The notes under the pieces: model-generated
The model's database searches: none
What the model saw: the letters and a program-made list of their open reading frames with translations, nothing else
What the model was told of the DNA's origin: nothing
Shown: positions 49,750 through 61,983 of the stretch, piece by piece
Position numbering within the stretch: the first letter of the stretch is position 1
Layout of the letters: every line of letters begins with the position of its first letter
Made by a program: the position numbers and the translations under genes
Assembly: GCA_963720545.1 (NCBI GenBank)
Contig: OY970399.1
Location: 2,400,001 to 2,464,000 of the forward strand
Direction: 5' to 3'
Source of the DNA: an uncultured Acidobacteriota bacterium
GTDB taxonomy: Bacteria; Acidobacteriota; Vicinamibacteria; Fen-336
Length of the DNA: 64,000 nucleotides

Positions 49750-51924
49750 ATGACGCAGTTCGAAGACGTCTACGAAACGGTCAGGAGCAATCACCCCGGT
49801 TCGCCTGACCTCGAGCTGCTGCGCAAGGCGTACGTCTTTTCCGCCGTCGAGCACAAGGGGCAGACCCGGGCCTCAGGCGAGCCCTACCTCACGCACCCGC
49901 TCGAGGTCGCCGCCATCCTCGCCGACATGCGCTCCGACCCGTCGTGCGTCGCGGTCGGCCTGCTGCACGACGTGCTCGAGGACACGCTCACCGAACCCGA
50001 CCGGCTGAAGGAGAACTTCGGCCCGCAGATCTTCCACCTGGTCGAGGGCGTCACCAAGATCAGCCAGATCCCGTTCTCGTCCACCGAGGAGCGACAGGCC
50101 GAGAACTTCCGCAAGCTGCTGCTCGCCATGGTGGACGACGTGCGCGTCATCCTGGTGAAGCTCGCCGACCGCCTCCACAACATGCGCACGCTGCAGTACC
50201 TGCCCGAGGACCGCAGGCAGCGCGTGGCGCGCGAGACGATGGACATCTATGCGCCGCTCGCCGGCCGGCTCGGCATGAGCCTGGTGAAGAACGAGCTCGA
50301 GGAGCTGTCGTTCCAGTACCTCGAGCAGGACGCCTACCAGGAGCTCGCGGCACGGGTCGAGGAGCGCCGCAAGAGCGCCGAGGACTTCATCGACAAGATC
50401 CGCGCGAGCTGCGCCGACAAGCTGGCGCTGGCCGGCATCGAGCTGATGTCGATCGACGGCCGCATCAAGCGCCTGTACTCGATCCACCAGAAACTGGAGC
50501 GCCAGCACATCCAGCTCGACCAGGTCTACGACTTCGTCGCCCTGCGGGTGCTGGTCACCAGCGTCAGCGACTGCTACGCGGCGCTCGGCGTGTTCCACAA
50601 TGCCTGGCGGCCGATCCCGGGGCGCATCAAGGACTTCATCGCGATGCCGCGCCCCAACGGCTACCGCTCGTTGCACACCTCGGTGATCAGCGAGGACGGC
50701 CAGCCGTTCGAGATCCAGATCCGCACCACCGAGATGCACCGCGTCGCCGAGGAAGGCATCGCCGCCCACTGGAAATACAAGGAAGGCCGCGCCGGCCTCG
50801 ACAAGGACGACCAGGCGTTCGCCTGGCTGCGCCAGGTGCTCGAATGGCAGCACGAGGTGCAGGACCCGCACGAGTTTCTCGCTTCGCTGAAGCTCGACCT
50901 CTATCCGGAGGAGGTCTACTGCTTCACGCCCAAGGGGCTCGTGAAGACGCTGCCGCGCAACGCGACGCCGCTCGACTTCGCCTACGCGGTGCATACCGAA
51001 GTGGGCCACCAGTGCGTGGGCGTGCGCGTCAACGGCAAGATGGTGGCGCTTCGCTACACGCTGAAGAACGGCGACATCGTCGAGGTGCTGACCTCGCCCG
51101 GGCACAAGCCGAGCCGCGACTGGCTGAGCCTCGTGGTCACGAACTCGGCGCGCCAGAAGATTCGCCGCTACCTCAACAACGCCGAGCGGCAGCAGGCGAT
51201 AGACATCGGCCGCAAGCACCTCGAGCGCGAACTGAAGCGTTACGACCTCACCTTGAAGCGGGCGATCCCGGACGCCGCCAAGGGCAGTAGCCTCGCGCAG
51301 CAGCTCGGCGTCGGCAGCCAGGGCGACGACGTCTACGCCGCGATCGGTTATGGCAAGCTGCCGATCCGCCAGGCGCTGACCCTGCTGGTGCCGGCCGAGT
51401 CGCTTGAAGCGCCGCCGCCGGAGCGCCGCCGGCCGCTGAGCGACGCGGTCAAGAAGCTGTTCCGCCTCGACGGCGACCAGATCCGGGTGCGCGGCACCGA
51501 CGACCTGCTCATCTACCGGGCGAAGTGCTGCAACCCGATTCTCGGCGAACCGATCGTCGGCTACATCACCCGCGGCCGCGGCATCTCGGTGCACGCGCAG
51601 GCCTGCCCCAACGTCCGCAACCTCGCCTACGCGGCCGAGCGGCGCATCGACGTGGAGTGGGAGACGAGCGGCGAAGCGGCCTACGAGGTGGAGATCGCCG
51701 TGCGCGTCGAAGACCGGCCCGGCCTCCTGGCCGGCATCACCGCGGTGATCGCCGGGATGCAGGCAGACATCAGGAACGCCGAGGCCCGCACCTTCGACGA
51801 CCACTCCGCGGCCATCGAGTTCACCCTCAAGGTGAAGGATTTAAAGCACTTGGAAAAGGTGGTGCGTTCGGTGCGCGGCGTTTCCGGCGTGCTGGGCGTG
51901 GAGCGCCAGGGCCAGCGGCATTAG
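49750..51924 (+). CDS. rel: Bifunctional (p)ppGpp synthetase/hydrolase (long RSH)
   Basis: HD domain (LLHDVLEDT), synthetase (GRIKRLYSI, EIQIRT), TGS, AKCCNP, ACT domain. Confidence 0.95.
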   Translation: MTQFEDVYETVRSNHPGSPDLELLRKAYVFSAVEHKGQTRASGEPYLTHPLEVAAILADMRSDPSCVAVGLLHDVLEDTLTEPDRLKENFGPQIFHLVEGVTKISQIPFSSTEERQAENFRKLLLAMVDDVRVILVKLADRLHNMRTLQYLPEDRRQRVARETMDIYAPLAGRLGMSLVKNELEELSFQYLEQDAYQELAARVEERRKSAEDFIDKIRASCADKLALAGIELMSIDGRIKRLYSIHQKLERQHIQLDQVYDFVALRVLVTSVSDCYAALGVFHNAWRPIPGRIKDFIAMPRPNGYRSLHTSVISEDGQPFEIQIRTTEMHRVAEEGIAAHWKYKEGRAGLDKDDQAFAWLRQVLEWQHEVQDPHEFLASLKLDLYPEEVYCFTPKGLVKTLPRNATPLDFAYAVHTEVGHQCVGVRVNGKMVALRYTLKNGDIVEVLTSPGHKPSRDWLSLVVTNSARQKIRRYLNNAERQQAIDIGRKHLERELKRYDLTLKRAIPDAAKGSSLAQQLGVGSQGDDVYAAIGYGKLPIRQALTLLVPAESLEAPPPERRRPLSDAVKKLFRLDGDQIRVRGTDDLLIYRAKCCNPILGEPIVGYITRGRGISVHAQACPNVRNLAYAAERRIDVEWETSGEAAYEVEIAVRVEDRPGLLAGITAVIAGMQADIRNAEARTFDDHSAAIEFTLKVKDLKHLEKVVRSVRGVSGVLGVERQGQRH

Positions 51925-51978
51925 CCGCAAGGGCGCGAAGTCGGCTAGAATCAGGGCTTTTCGGGAGACGATCAGACG

Positions 51979-52194
51979 ATGGCGATGCGATGTGAAATCT
52001 GCGGCAAGGGCCCCCAGTTCGGCAGCCGGATCAGCCATGCCCACAACGTGACGCACCGCCGCTTCAACCCGAACCTGCAGAAGGTGCGCGCTGTCGTCAA
52101 CGGCACCCGCAGGCGCGTCAAGGTCTGCACCGGCTGCATCCGCTCGGGCAAGATCACCAAGCCGCCCGTGCGCACCCGCACCGCCGTCGCCTAA
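51979..52194 (+). CDS. rpmB: 50S ribosomal protein L28 (Zn-ribbon form)
   Basis: CEICGK...SHAHNVTHRRFNPNLQ...CTGC. Confidence 0.95.
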   Translation: MAMRCEICGKGPQFGSRISHAHNVTHRRFNPNLQKVRAVVNGTRRRVKVCTGCIRSGKITKPPVRTRTAVA

Positions 52195-52575
52195 CTAAAA
52201 GGCGGCGATCACGTCGATCTCGACGCGCGCTCCTGCCTTGGGCAGGGCCGCGGCCTGGATGGTGGAGCGTACCGGCGGATGCTGGCCCAGGTGGCGCGCA
52301 TACACCTCGTTCATCGCGGCGAACTCCGCCATGTCGGCGAGATACACGGTCGCCTTCACGACGTGCTCGGCGCCGAGCTTGGCTTCCTTGAGGATCGCGA
52401 GCAGGTTTTTCAGCACCTGTTCGGTCTGCTCCGAGATGCCGCCCTCCACCAGGTTGCCGGTCTTCGGATCGATCGCCACCTGGCCGGAGACGAACATCAG
52501 GCCGCCGGCGATGATCGCCTGCGAATATGGCCCGATGGGCTTCGGCGCGTCGCTCGAGGTGATGAACTTCTGCAC
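52195..52575 (-). CDS. ridA: RidA family enamine/imine deaminase
   Basis: APKPIGPYSQA, VSGQV, PPVRSTI, VEIDVIA. GTG start. Confidence 0.9.
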   Translation of the reverse strand: MQKFITSSDAPKPIGPYSQAIIAGGLMFVSGQVAIDPKTGNLVEGGISEQTEQVLKNLLAILKEAKLGAEHVVKATVYLADMAEFAAMNEVYARHLGQHPPVRSTIQAAALPKAGARVEIDVIAAF

Positions 52576-52684
52576 GTTTTCTCTTCTCCGATCATGTGCG
52601 GCGGGGGGATGAACTTGCGAAGTCTGCAGCACGCGGGCCCCGGCCGCAACACTGGCGCCCTGCGTCACAACGGCTGACGGCACG

Positions 52685-53032
52685 TCAGCGCGAAGCGACC
52701 GCCGTGTCCGAATGCTTGCTGAGCAGGCTCGCGAGATCGGTCTTGGAAAGTGCCCCCACGCGCTGCTCGGCCACCTGGCCGTTCTTGAAGACGAGGAGAG
52801 TGGGGATGGAGCGGATCGCGTACTTCATGGCGATCTCGCCCTGCTCGTCCACGTTCAGCTTGCCGACCTTCACGCGGCCCGCAAAGTCGTTGGCGACGGC
52901 TTCGACGAACGGCGAAATCATCCGGCACGGCGCGCACCATTCGGCCCAGAAATCGACGAGCACCGGCTGCGCCGACTTCAGCACTTCCGCTTCCCAGTTC
53001 TGCGTGGTGAATTCGCTGACGTTGGGGTTCAC
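52685..53032 (-). CDS. trxA: Thioredoxin
   Basis: [24 protein letters not shown] overlap with the upstream gene. Confidence 0.93.
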   Translation of the reverse strand: MNPNVSEFTTQNWEAEVLKSAQPVLVDFWAEWCAPCRMISPFVEAVANDFAGRVKVGKLNVDEQGEIAMKYAIRSIPTLLVFKNGQVAEQRVGALSKTDLASLLSKHSDTAVASR

Positions 53033-53394
53033 TGACGACCTCCCGTTAGTGTCAAGTTCTCGTCCAGGCCGGCGGCCACGTCCGCGGCGGTGATGTCCCA
53101 GTTGTCGCGGTCGAACACGGCCTTGCTGTCCTTGAAAAGGATGAATTGCGGGGATTCGTGGGCTATCCCGGTCAAGGAGGCGACACGGTCGCTCGCCGGC
53201 CGCCACTCGACCACGCGGATGATCCCGAGCGGCAGGCCTTCGCGCGCTTCCAGGTTCCCCTGGACGTGGGTGAAGGTTTCCTGGGTCTTGTGGCAGGTGC
53301 CAGCCTTGAAGATCGCGGCCTCGGGGTTTGAAGCGAGAAAAGAATCGACCTCTTCGGGCGTCTTCAGGAACTGGATGCGATCCTTGAGGGTCAT
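53029..53394 (-). CDS. brxC: Monothiol bacilliredoxin BrxC/YtxJ family protein
   Basis: IFKAGTC...[13 protein letters not shown] signature. Confidence 0.8.
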   Translation of the reverse strand: MTLKDRIQFLKTPEEVDSFLASNPEAAIFKAGTCHKTQETFTHVQGNLEAREGLPLGIIRVVEWRPASDRVASLTGIAHESPQFILFKDSKAVFDRDNWDITAADVAAGLDENLTLTGGRQ

Positions 53395-53425
53395 GAATTC
53401 ATTGTAGCGCGGACCTGCGCGGGCA

Positions 53426-54214
53426 CTAGCTGGAGGGGTTTTCCTGGTCCTGGCGGGCCAGCAGCACCGCCAGTTCGGCGAGGTTCTCGACCACCTGGTG
53501 CGGCCGGTAGGCGTAGCGGCCGAGATCCTCTTTCTGGCTCACCCCGGTCAGCACCAGCGCCGTCTCCATGCCGGCCTGGATGCCGGCGATGATGTCGGTG
53601 TCCATGTTGTCGCCCACCATCAGGGTGTTGTCTGTGCGGGTCTGCAGGTGGTGGAGCGCGGCGCGGATCATGAACGAGCTGGGCTTGCCGACGTAGAACG
53701 GCTGCATGCGCGTGATCTTCTCGATCGGCGTCGCCAGGGCGCCGCAGCTCGGCCGGCCGTGCGGCCCGGAGACGTCGGGGTTGGTGGCGACGAAGCGCGC
53801 GCCGGCGTTGATGAGCTGCACCGCGCGCTGGATCATGTCGAAGTTGTAGGAACGGGTCTCGCCGAGGATCACGAAGTCGGCTTCGGATTCCACCAGGCTG
53901 AAGCCGATCTGGTAGAGCGCATGCACCAGGGCGCCCTCGCCGATCACGTACGCCTTGCGCGAGGTGCCTGCCTGCTGGTCGAGGAATTCCGCCGTCGCCA
54001 TCGCCGAGGTGTAGAAGCGGTCGGCGGACGCCTCGATGCCCGCGCGCAGGAAGCGGTTGCGCAGGTCGCCGGGTGTCTGCGACGAGTAGTTGGTGAGGAA
54101 CAGGAACGGCCGCCCGGCGGCGGTGAACTCCGCCACCATCTCGCGCGCGCCCGGCAGGGCCGTGTCGTCGCGCAGGATCACCCCGTCGATGTCGAGGATC
54201 GCGGCCTTCCTCAT
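53426..54214 (-). CDS. HAD-IIA family hydrolase (NagD-like)
   Basis: [28 protein letters not shown]. Confidence 0.9.
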   Translation of the reverse strand: MRKAAILDIDGVILRDDTALPGAREMVAEFTAAGRPFLFLTNYSSQTPGDLRNRFLRAGIEASADRFYTSAMATAEFLDQQAGTSRKAYVIGEGALVHALYQIGFSLVESEADFVILGETRSYNFDMIQRAVQLINAGARFVATNPDVSGPHGRPSCGALATPIEKITRMQPFYVGKPSSFMIRAALHHLQTRTDNTLMVGDNMDTDIIAGIQAGMETALVLTGVSQKEDLGRYAYRPHQVVENLAELAVLLARQDQENPSS

Positions 54215-55623
54215 CGTGCCGAGACGAACTCCCCGGCGCTCGCGAGGTCGTAGGTTTCGTTCATGCCGGGCACGGTGGTGGCGAAGCCGCGCTCGTTCCT
54301 GATCTTGGCGGCAAGCGACTCGGCGGCCACCGCCTCACCGTGCGTCACGAAGATACGCGCCGGCGGCTGCTGCACGGCCGACAGCCAGCGCACCATCTCG
54401 AAGGCGTCGCCGTGTCCCGACATGCCCTTGAGGCTCGCGATCTCGGCGCGCACCGCCACCTCGCCCTTGTGGATGCGCACCGTGCGCTTGCCCTCGACCA
54501 GCGAGCGGCCGAGCGTGTTCTCGGCCTGGTAGCCGGTGATCACGAGCGTGTTGCGCCAGTCGGGCAGGCGCTGGCGGCAGTGGTGCAGGATGCGGCCGCC
54601 GGTCAACATGCCGGAGGACGAGATGATGACCGCCGGGCCCTTGACGTCGTTGAGCTTTTCCGACTCGGCGCGGGTGCGGCTGAAGTGCACCCACTGGCCA
54701 TAGAGCAGGCTGCGCCCGCCGATACCGGTGAGGCTCTCGCCGTGTGCGTCAGGATAGTTCGCGTAGATGCGGGTCGCGTCGATCGCCATCGGGCTGTCGA
54801 GATAGATCTGGAACGGCCGCAGGTGGCCTTCGCTCACCAGCTTGTCCATCAGCCAGATCACCTGTTGCGCACGGCCCACCGCGAACGCCGGCACCAGCAC
54901 GATGCCGCCCTTCGCGAAGGTGCGCTCGAGGATGCCGAGGAGCTGCTCCTCGATCGGCACCGCCTCGTGCACGCGGTTGCCGTAGGTGCTTTCCACGACC
55001 ATGTAGTCGGCGGCGGTCGCGAGGTCGGGCGGCCGGGTGAGGATCGGCGCGAAACGGCCGACGTCGCCGCTGAACAGGATGCTCGTCTCCTTGCCGGCTT
55101 CGGTGACCTGCACCCGCGCCGAGGCCGCGCCCAACAGGTGGCCCGCGTTGGTGTACGAAAAGGCGACATCGGGCGCCACCGCCGTCGTCTCGCCGAAGTT
55201 CGCGGTGCGGAACAGCTTCAGCGCCGCCTCGACGTCGGCGCTGTCGAAAAGCGGCAGCGCCGGCTTGTGGCTCGTCAGCCCCTTGCGGTTCAGATACTCC
55301 GCGTCTTCTTCCTGCAGGTGCGCCGCATCCTTCAGCAGCACCTCGGCGAGGTCGCGGGTCGCCGGCGTGCAGTAGACCGGCGCGCGCAGGCCCTGCTTCA
55401 CGAGCCTCGGGATGCGGCCGATGTGGTCGAGGTGCGTGTGGGTGACGACCAGCGCCGTGATGCGGGCGGGGTCGAAGCCGGGTGCCTGCCAGTTGCGGTC
55501 GCGCAACTCTTTCGGGCCCTGGAACATGCCCGAATCGACGAGCACCGACGAGCCTGCGGTGCGCAGCAGGTATTGGGAACCGGTGACCGTGCGCGCTGCG
55601 CCGAGAAACGTGAGTGTCGGCAT
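54211..55623 (-). CDS. MBL-fold beta-CASP ribonuclease
   Basis: THTHLDHIG, AGHLLG, ESTYG, PAFAVGRAQ, SGHGD, THGE. Confidence 0.9.
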   Translation of the reverse strand: MPTLTFLGAARTVTGSQYLLRTAGSSVLVDSGMFQGPKELRDRNWQAPGFDPARITALVVTHTHLDHIGRIPRLVKQGLRAPVYCTPATRDLAEVLLKDAAHLQEEDAEYLNRKGLTSHKPALPLFDSADVEAALKLFRTANFGETTAVAPDVAFSYTNAGHLLGAASARVQVTEAGKETSILFSGDVGRFAPILTRPPDLATAADYMVVESTYGNRVHEAVPIEEQLLGILERTFAKGGIVLVPAFAVGRAQQVIWLMDKLVSEGHLRPFQIYLDSPMAIDATRIYANYPDAHGESLTGIGGRSLLYGQWVHFSRTRAESEKLNDVKGPAVIISSSGMLTGGRILHHCRQRLPDWRNTLVITGYQAENTLGRSLVEGKRTVRIHKGEVAVRAEIASLKGMSGHGDAFEMVRWLSAVQQPPARIFVTHGEAVAAESLAAKIRNERGFATTVPGMNETYDLASAGEFVSAR

Positions 55624-55689
55624 TGGGCCATCCGAGTATATGCGCGCTTGAAGCCGCTATAGTTGCCGGCGATAGAGCGGAGGACTGCC

Positions 55690-56544
55690 ATGACCTTGAG
55701 CCACTGGCCGCGGAACGTTCTTGCCGGCGCCTGTCTCGTCCTCGCAACCGCGGGCGCCGTTTCCGCCGCCGAGCCGCTGCCGCCGCTGATGCGCATCCCG
55801 GCCGGCGACTTCATCATGGGTTCGGACGCGGGCGCGCCCGACGAGCATCCGGCGCACAAGGTGGCGGTGGCCGAATTCCTGATCGGCGTCCACGAGGTGA
55901 CTCAGGCGGAGTACGCGCGCTTCGTCGCGGCCACTTCGCACCGCCTGCCCGGTTCGCAGCCGGTGCCGTCGATCGTGGCGCCCGAGCGCCTCGCGAGCTT
56001 CCGCGAGATCGCCGCGAACTACGCGTGGGAAAACGGCAAGCCGCCCGCGGGCAAGGAGAACCATCCCGTGGTGCTCGTCGGCATGGACGACGCTCTCGCC
56101 TACTGCGCCTGGCTCGGCAAGGAAACGGGGCAGGAGGTGCGGCTGCCGAGCGAAGCGGAATGGGAGAAGGCCGCGCGCGGCGGCCTGGTCGGGGCTCGCT
56201 ACCCCTGGGGCAACGAGGAACTCAGCGGCCGCGCCAACTACCTGCCCGACGTCAAGCTGAAGCCGACGCGCGGCACCGAGCCCGTCGGCAAGTATGCCGC
56301 CAACGGCTACTCGCTCTTCGACATGTCGGGGAACGCCTGGGAATGGGTGGCCGACGTCTATGCGCCCTATCCCGGCGGGAAGTTTCCAGAAGGCGCCCCC
56401 ACCGACAACCGCCTGGTGCGCGGCGGCGCCTGGCTCGACGACAACCCCGACCTGCTCACCGTGAGCCACCGCCACGAGACGCCGCCCGACACGTTCTCGT
56501 ACAGCATCGGGTTTCGCGTCGCGGTCAGTGCTGCGCGGAAGTAG
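55690..56544 (+). CDS. Exported FGE-sulfatase/SUMF1-fold protein
   Basis: FIMGS, HPVV, RLPSEAEWEKAARGG, DMSGNAWEW, RGGAW, IGFRV. Confidence 0.88.
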   Translation: MTLSHWPRNVLAGACLVLATAGAVSAAEPLPPLMRIPAGDFIMGSDAGAPDEHPAHKVAVAEFLIGVHEVTQAEYARFVAATSHRLPGSQPVPSIVAPERLASFREIAANYAWENGKPPAGKENHPVVLVGMDDALAYCAWLGKETGQEVRLPSEAEWEKAARGGLVGARYPWGNEELSGRANYLPDVKLKPTRGTEPVGKYAANGYSLFDMSGNAWEWVADVYAPYPGGKFPEGAPTDNRLVRGGAWLDDNPDLLTVSHRHETPPDTFSYSIGFRVAVSAARK

Positions 56545-59253
<2,709 letters not shown>

Positions 59254-59274
59254 AGTCGCTGTCTCCGTTCTGGA

Positions 59275-59760
59275 TCATCCCGCGCGGCGGCTGGCGACCA
59301 GCAGGATGAGGGCGAGGAATACGACACTTTCGACGACCATGCGCCCGGGGTCGAAGAGGGCGATCCCGGGTGCCAGCACGAAGGCGGCGGCCGCCAGGCC
59401 AAACACCAGCCCCGCCTGCACCAGCGCGCAGAGCCGCGGCGTCGTGCGCGTCAGCACCCAGACGGCGAGCAGCACCTGCAGTGCACCGATGCCGAGGCGC
59501 CAGTCGTCGGCGTAGGAGAACCAGCGGCCGGGCAGCGCCACCAGCATCGCGTCGTCGGACGCGCAGCCGTGCAGCAGCTTGCACCACAGGCCGTTGTAGA
59601 GCCAGGCGAACGCAAGCGCCAGTTCGGCGAAGAACAGCACCGGGCCGCCGCGGCGCTCGCGTGCCCGGCGGGCGGCGGCGATCGCTTCGGGCGTGAGCGG
59701 CTCGAAACCATCGGGAGGCGTGTCGTCGCTGTGCCGCAGGCTGAGATCGAGATCCGTCAT
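59275..59760 (-). CDS. DoxX-like membrane protein
   Basis: WLYNGLWCKLL motif and four TM helices. ATG 59760 with GAGG upstream. Confidence 0.65.
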   Translation of the reverse strand: MTDLDLSLRHSDDTPPDGFEPLTPEAIAAARRARERRGGPVLFFAELALAFAWLYNGLWCKLLHGCASDDAMLVALPGRWFSYADDWRLGIGALQVLLAVWVLTRTTPRLCALVQAGLVFGLAAAAFVLAPGIALFDPGRMVVESVVFLALILLVASRRAG

Positions 59761-59824
59761 CGAAGCGCCTCTATCGTCGCATACTTGACGCGGTGTAGCG
59801 TGGTTGCGGAGGCACAGGAAAGTC

Positions 59825-60802
59825 ATGGAAAAGCGGATCGCGGCCAGCGCCTTGCTGGCGAGCCTGCTGTTGGCCGACGCCGCTGTGGCGGCGGTCAAGG
59901 TGCAGGAAAAAACCGAAGCGAAGTTCGGCGGCCTGATCGGTGCGATGGCCGGTGCGATGGGCGGCGGCGCCAACGCACCAACGCTCAGCACGGTGGCGGT
60001 GCTCGGCGACCGCAAGCTGTCGCTCAGCGCGATGAGCGGCGAGATCATCGACTTGCAGGAAGAAAAGGTCTATCGGCTCGACCCGCGCAACAAGACCTAC
60101 ACCGTCCTGAGCTTCGCGGCGATCCGCAAGCAGATGGAAGACGCGCGCGCCCGCATGCAGGGCAAGAAGCCGCAGGCCGAGCCGCCTGCGGCCGCCGCGC
60201 CGGGCAAGGACCCGAACGTCGAAGTCGATTACGACGTGAAGGATACCGGCCAGGCGAAGGCGATCAACGGCTTCGACGCGAAGCAGATGGTCCTGACCAT
60301 CAGCGTGCGCCAGAAGGGCAAGACGCTCGAACAGGGCGGCGGCATGGTGATGCGCTCGGACATGTGGATGAGCGACGCGCTCGGCGCGCGCAAGGAGGTC
60401 GCCGACTTCGACCGGCGCTACGCGCAGAAGCTCTACGGCGGCGCCGACCTGGGCGCGGCGCTGGCGTCCATGGGACAGATGGCTTCCGCCGCGATGATGA
60501 ATCCCGGCATCGGCCCGGCGATGGCGAAGCTGCGCGCCGAGACGGACAAGATGCACGGCTCGCCGGTGCTGACCACCACAACCATGGAGTCGGTGCGCAA
60601 CCCCGAGCAGCCGGCGGGCGGGGATGCGGCGGCGGCCGGCGGCTTCGCGGCGCTCCTGGCGCAAAAGATGAAGAAGGGCGGCGGCGGTGGCGGCGACGAA
60701 GCGCGCAGCGTCCTGATGACGACCACCCACGAGGTGCTGAGCGTCTCGTCGCAGGTGACGCCGCAGGACGTCGCGCTGCCCGCGGGATACACCGCGAAGT
60801 AG
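59825..60802 (+). CDS. Exported uncharacterised protein (possibly DUF4412-like)
   Basis: Signal peptide, TGQAKAINGFDA, terminal ALPAGY, strong coding bias. Confidence 0.65.
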   Translation: MEKRIAASALLASLLLADAAVAAVKVQEKTEAKFGGLIGAMAGAMGGGANAPTLSTVAVLGDRKLSLSAMSGEIIDLQEEKVYRLDPRNKTYTVLSFAAIRKQMEDARARMQGKKPQAEPPAAAAPGKDPNVEVDYDVKDTGQAKAINGFDAKQMVLTISVRQKGKTLEQGGGMVMRSDMWMSDALGARKEVADFDRRYAQKLYGGADLGAALASMGQMASAAMMNPGIGPAMAKLRAETDKMHGSPVLTTTTMESVRNPEQPAGGDAAAAGGFAALLAQKMKKGGGGGGDEARSVLMTTTHEVLSVSSQVTPQDVALPAGYTAK

Positions 60803-60814
60803 CCCGCGCGGCCG

Positions 60815-61570
60815 TCAGAGGGCCGGGTGCGGCAGGCGTCCCGCAACCTCGAACTGCGCGCGCGGGAAAGCGAACGCGGTGCGCGCGAAGACGTCTTTCT
60901 TGCGCAGCTCGACCCGCTCGCGCGTCGCGACACAGTGCCACGCCTGCGGCGGCGTCGGCCGCGCCGCGGCAAAACCCTGTGGCGAGAAGAGCGCGAGGCA
61001 GACGCCGCCTTCGCGGTCGCGTGCCGAGCGGTAGCGAAACGCGACCACCGCGGCGGCGCGCATCTCGGCGCCGAGCTGCTGCGAAGCGGCATAGGAGACG
61101 GGCGACGAGATGGCGGCGGCGTGCGCCGCGAACGGCGGGCGCGTGAGGTCGATGCCTTTTTCCGTGCGCACCACCGCCTGGAACGCCGACAGCTCGAGCA
61201 CCAGCGGCGCGAGTGGCGCCGCCGACCCTTCGAGGAAGAGCAACCGGTAGTAAGCCGCCTCGGCGAAGGCAGTGCGCGGCTCGTCGGCGCCGTACCAGAG
61301 GGCCCGCTCCTGGCGGGTGCCGAAGCGCGAACCGTGCCGCAGCGGCGGATAGCGAAAGGGCGTCGCCAGCAGATAGTGGAGCGCGCGGCCCTTCTCGAGC
61401 GGCGGCTTCACGCCTTCGATGAGCTCCTCGAGCAGGTGCTGCTCCGCATCCGTGTCGACGAGCTTGCGGGTCGCGACCAGGTACTGCGATTCGACTACGC
61501 GCCAGGGCCGCGCCACGAGGCGCCTCGCCCTAGAGCTTCCCGCGCATCGCGTCCAGATACTCGACGACAT
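60815..61570 (-). CDS. RES domain toxin (NAD+-consuming family)
   Basis: PFRYPP..GSRFG...AFAE..YYR...FRYRSAR. Confidence 0.85.
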   Translation of the reverse strand: MSSSIWTRCAGSSRARRLVARPWRVVESQYLVATRKLVDTDAEQHLLEELIEGVKPPLEKGRALHYLLATPFRYPPLRHGSRFGTRQERALWYGADEPRTAFAEAAYYRLLFLEGSAAPLAPLVLELSAFQAVVRTEKGIDLTRPPFAAHAAAISSPVSYAASQQLGAEMRAAAVVAFRYRSARDREGGVCLALFSPQGFAAARPTPPQAWHCVATRERVELRKKDVFARTAFAFPRAQFEVAGRLPHPAL

Positions 61571-61904
61571 GCACCAGTCCGGGGATGGTCAGGACGAGTT
61601 GCGCCGGCACTCCGCCGACATGGGCGTTGCGGCTGCGGAACCAGTCCCTGGCCTTGGCGGCGTCGCCGCCCACCAGGGAGTCGAGGCTGCGGTAGAGGCG
61701 CAGCAGGAGGAGTGCGATCTCGCCCTCCTTGGACAACGGATCGAGGCGCCGGCGGGGCAGCCGCGAGATCGAGGCCTGGCTGACGCCGAGGATCCTGCCG
61801 AGGTCGCGCTGCGCGAGGCCCAGGTGGTCGGCCGCCCGCATCACCGCCTTGGTGAGCACTGCCGCCGGCTCGGGCCTGCCGGGTTGTGCGGCGCCTTGCA
61901 GCAT
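61530..61904 (-). CDS. Xre/MbcA/ParS antitoxin
   Basis: Helix-turn-helix (LGRILGVSQASISR) and C-terminal WFRSRN..GGVP...VVEYLDAMRG. Upstream of the RES gene. Confidence 0.88.
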   Translation of the reverse strand: MLQGAAQPGRPEPAAVLTKAVMRAADHLGLAQRDLGRILGVSQASISRLPRRRLDPLSKEGEIALLLLRLYRSLDSLVGGDAAKARDWFRSRNAHVGGVPAQLVLTIPGLVHVVEYLDAMRGKL

Positions 61905-61983
61905 GATGCAAGTGAATCACAAGACCTTGTTTATTGCAAGTGCATGGAGCCGGTCGGGGCCGGCCCCGCTACAATCCCCGCAC

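Noticed and set aside
52190..52200. Zero-gap convergent gene ends (also 56544/56545 and 5730-5733)
   Set aside because: Common in compact genomes, with no further signal seen.
55690..56544. Diversity-generating retroelement target
   Set aside because: No reverse transcriptase, and I saw no template repeat matching the 3' end.
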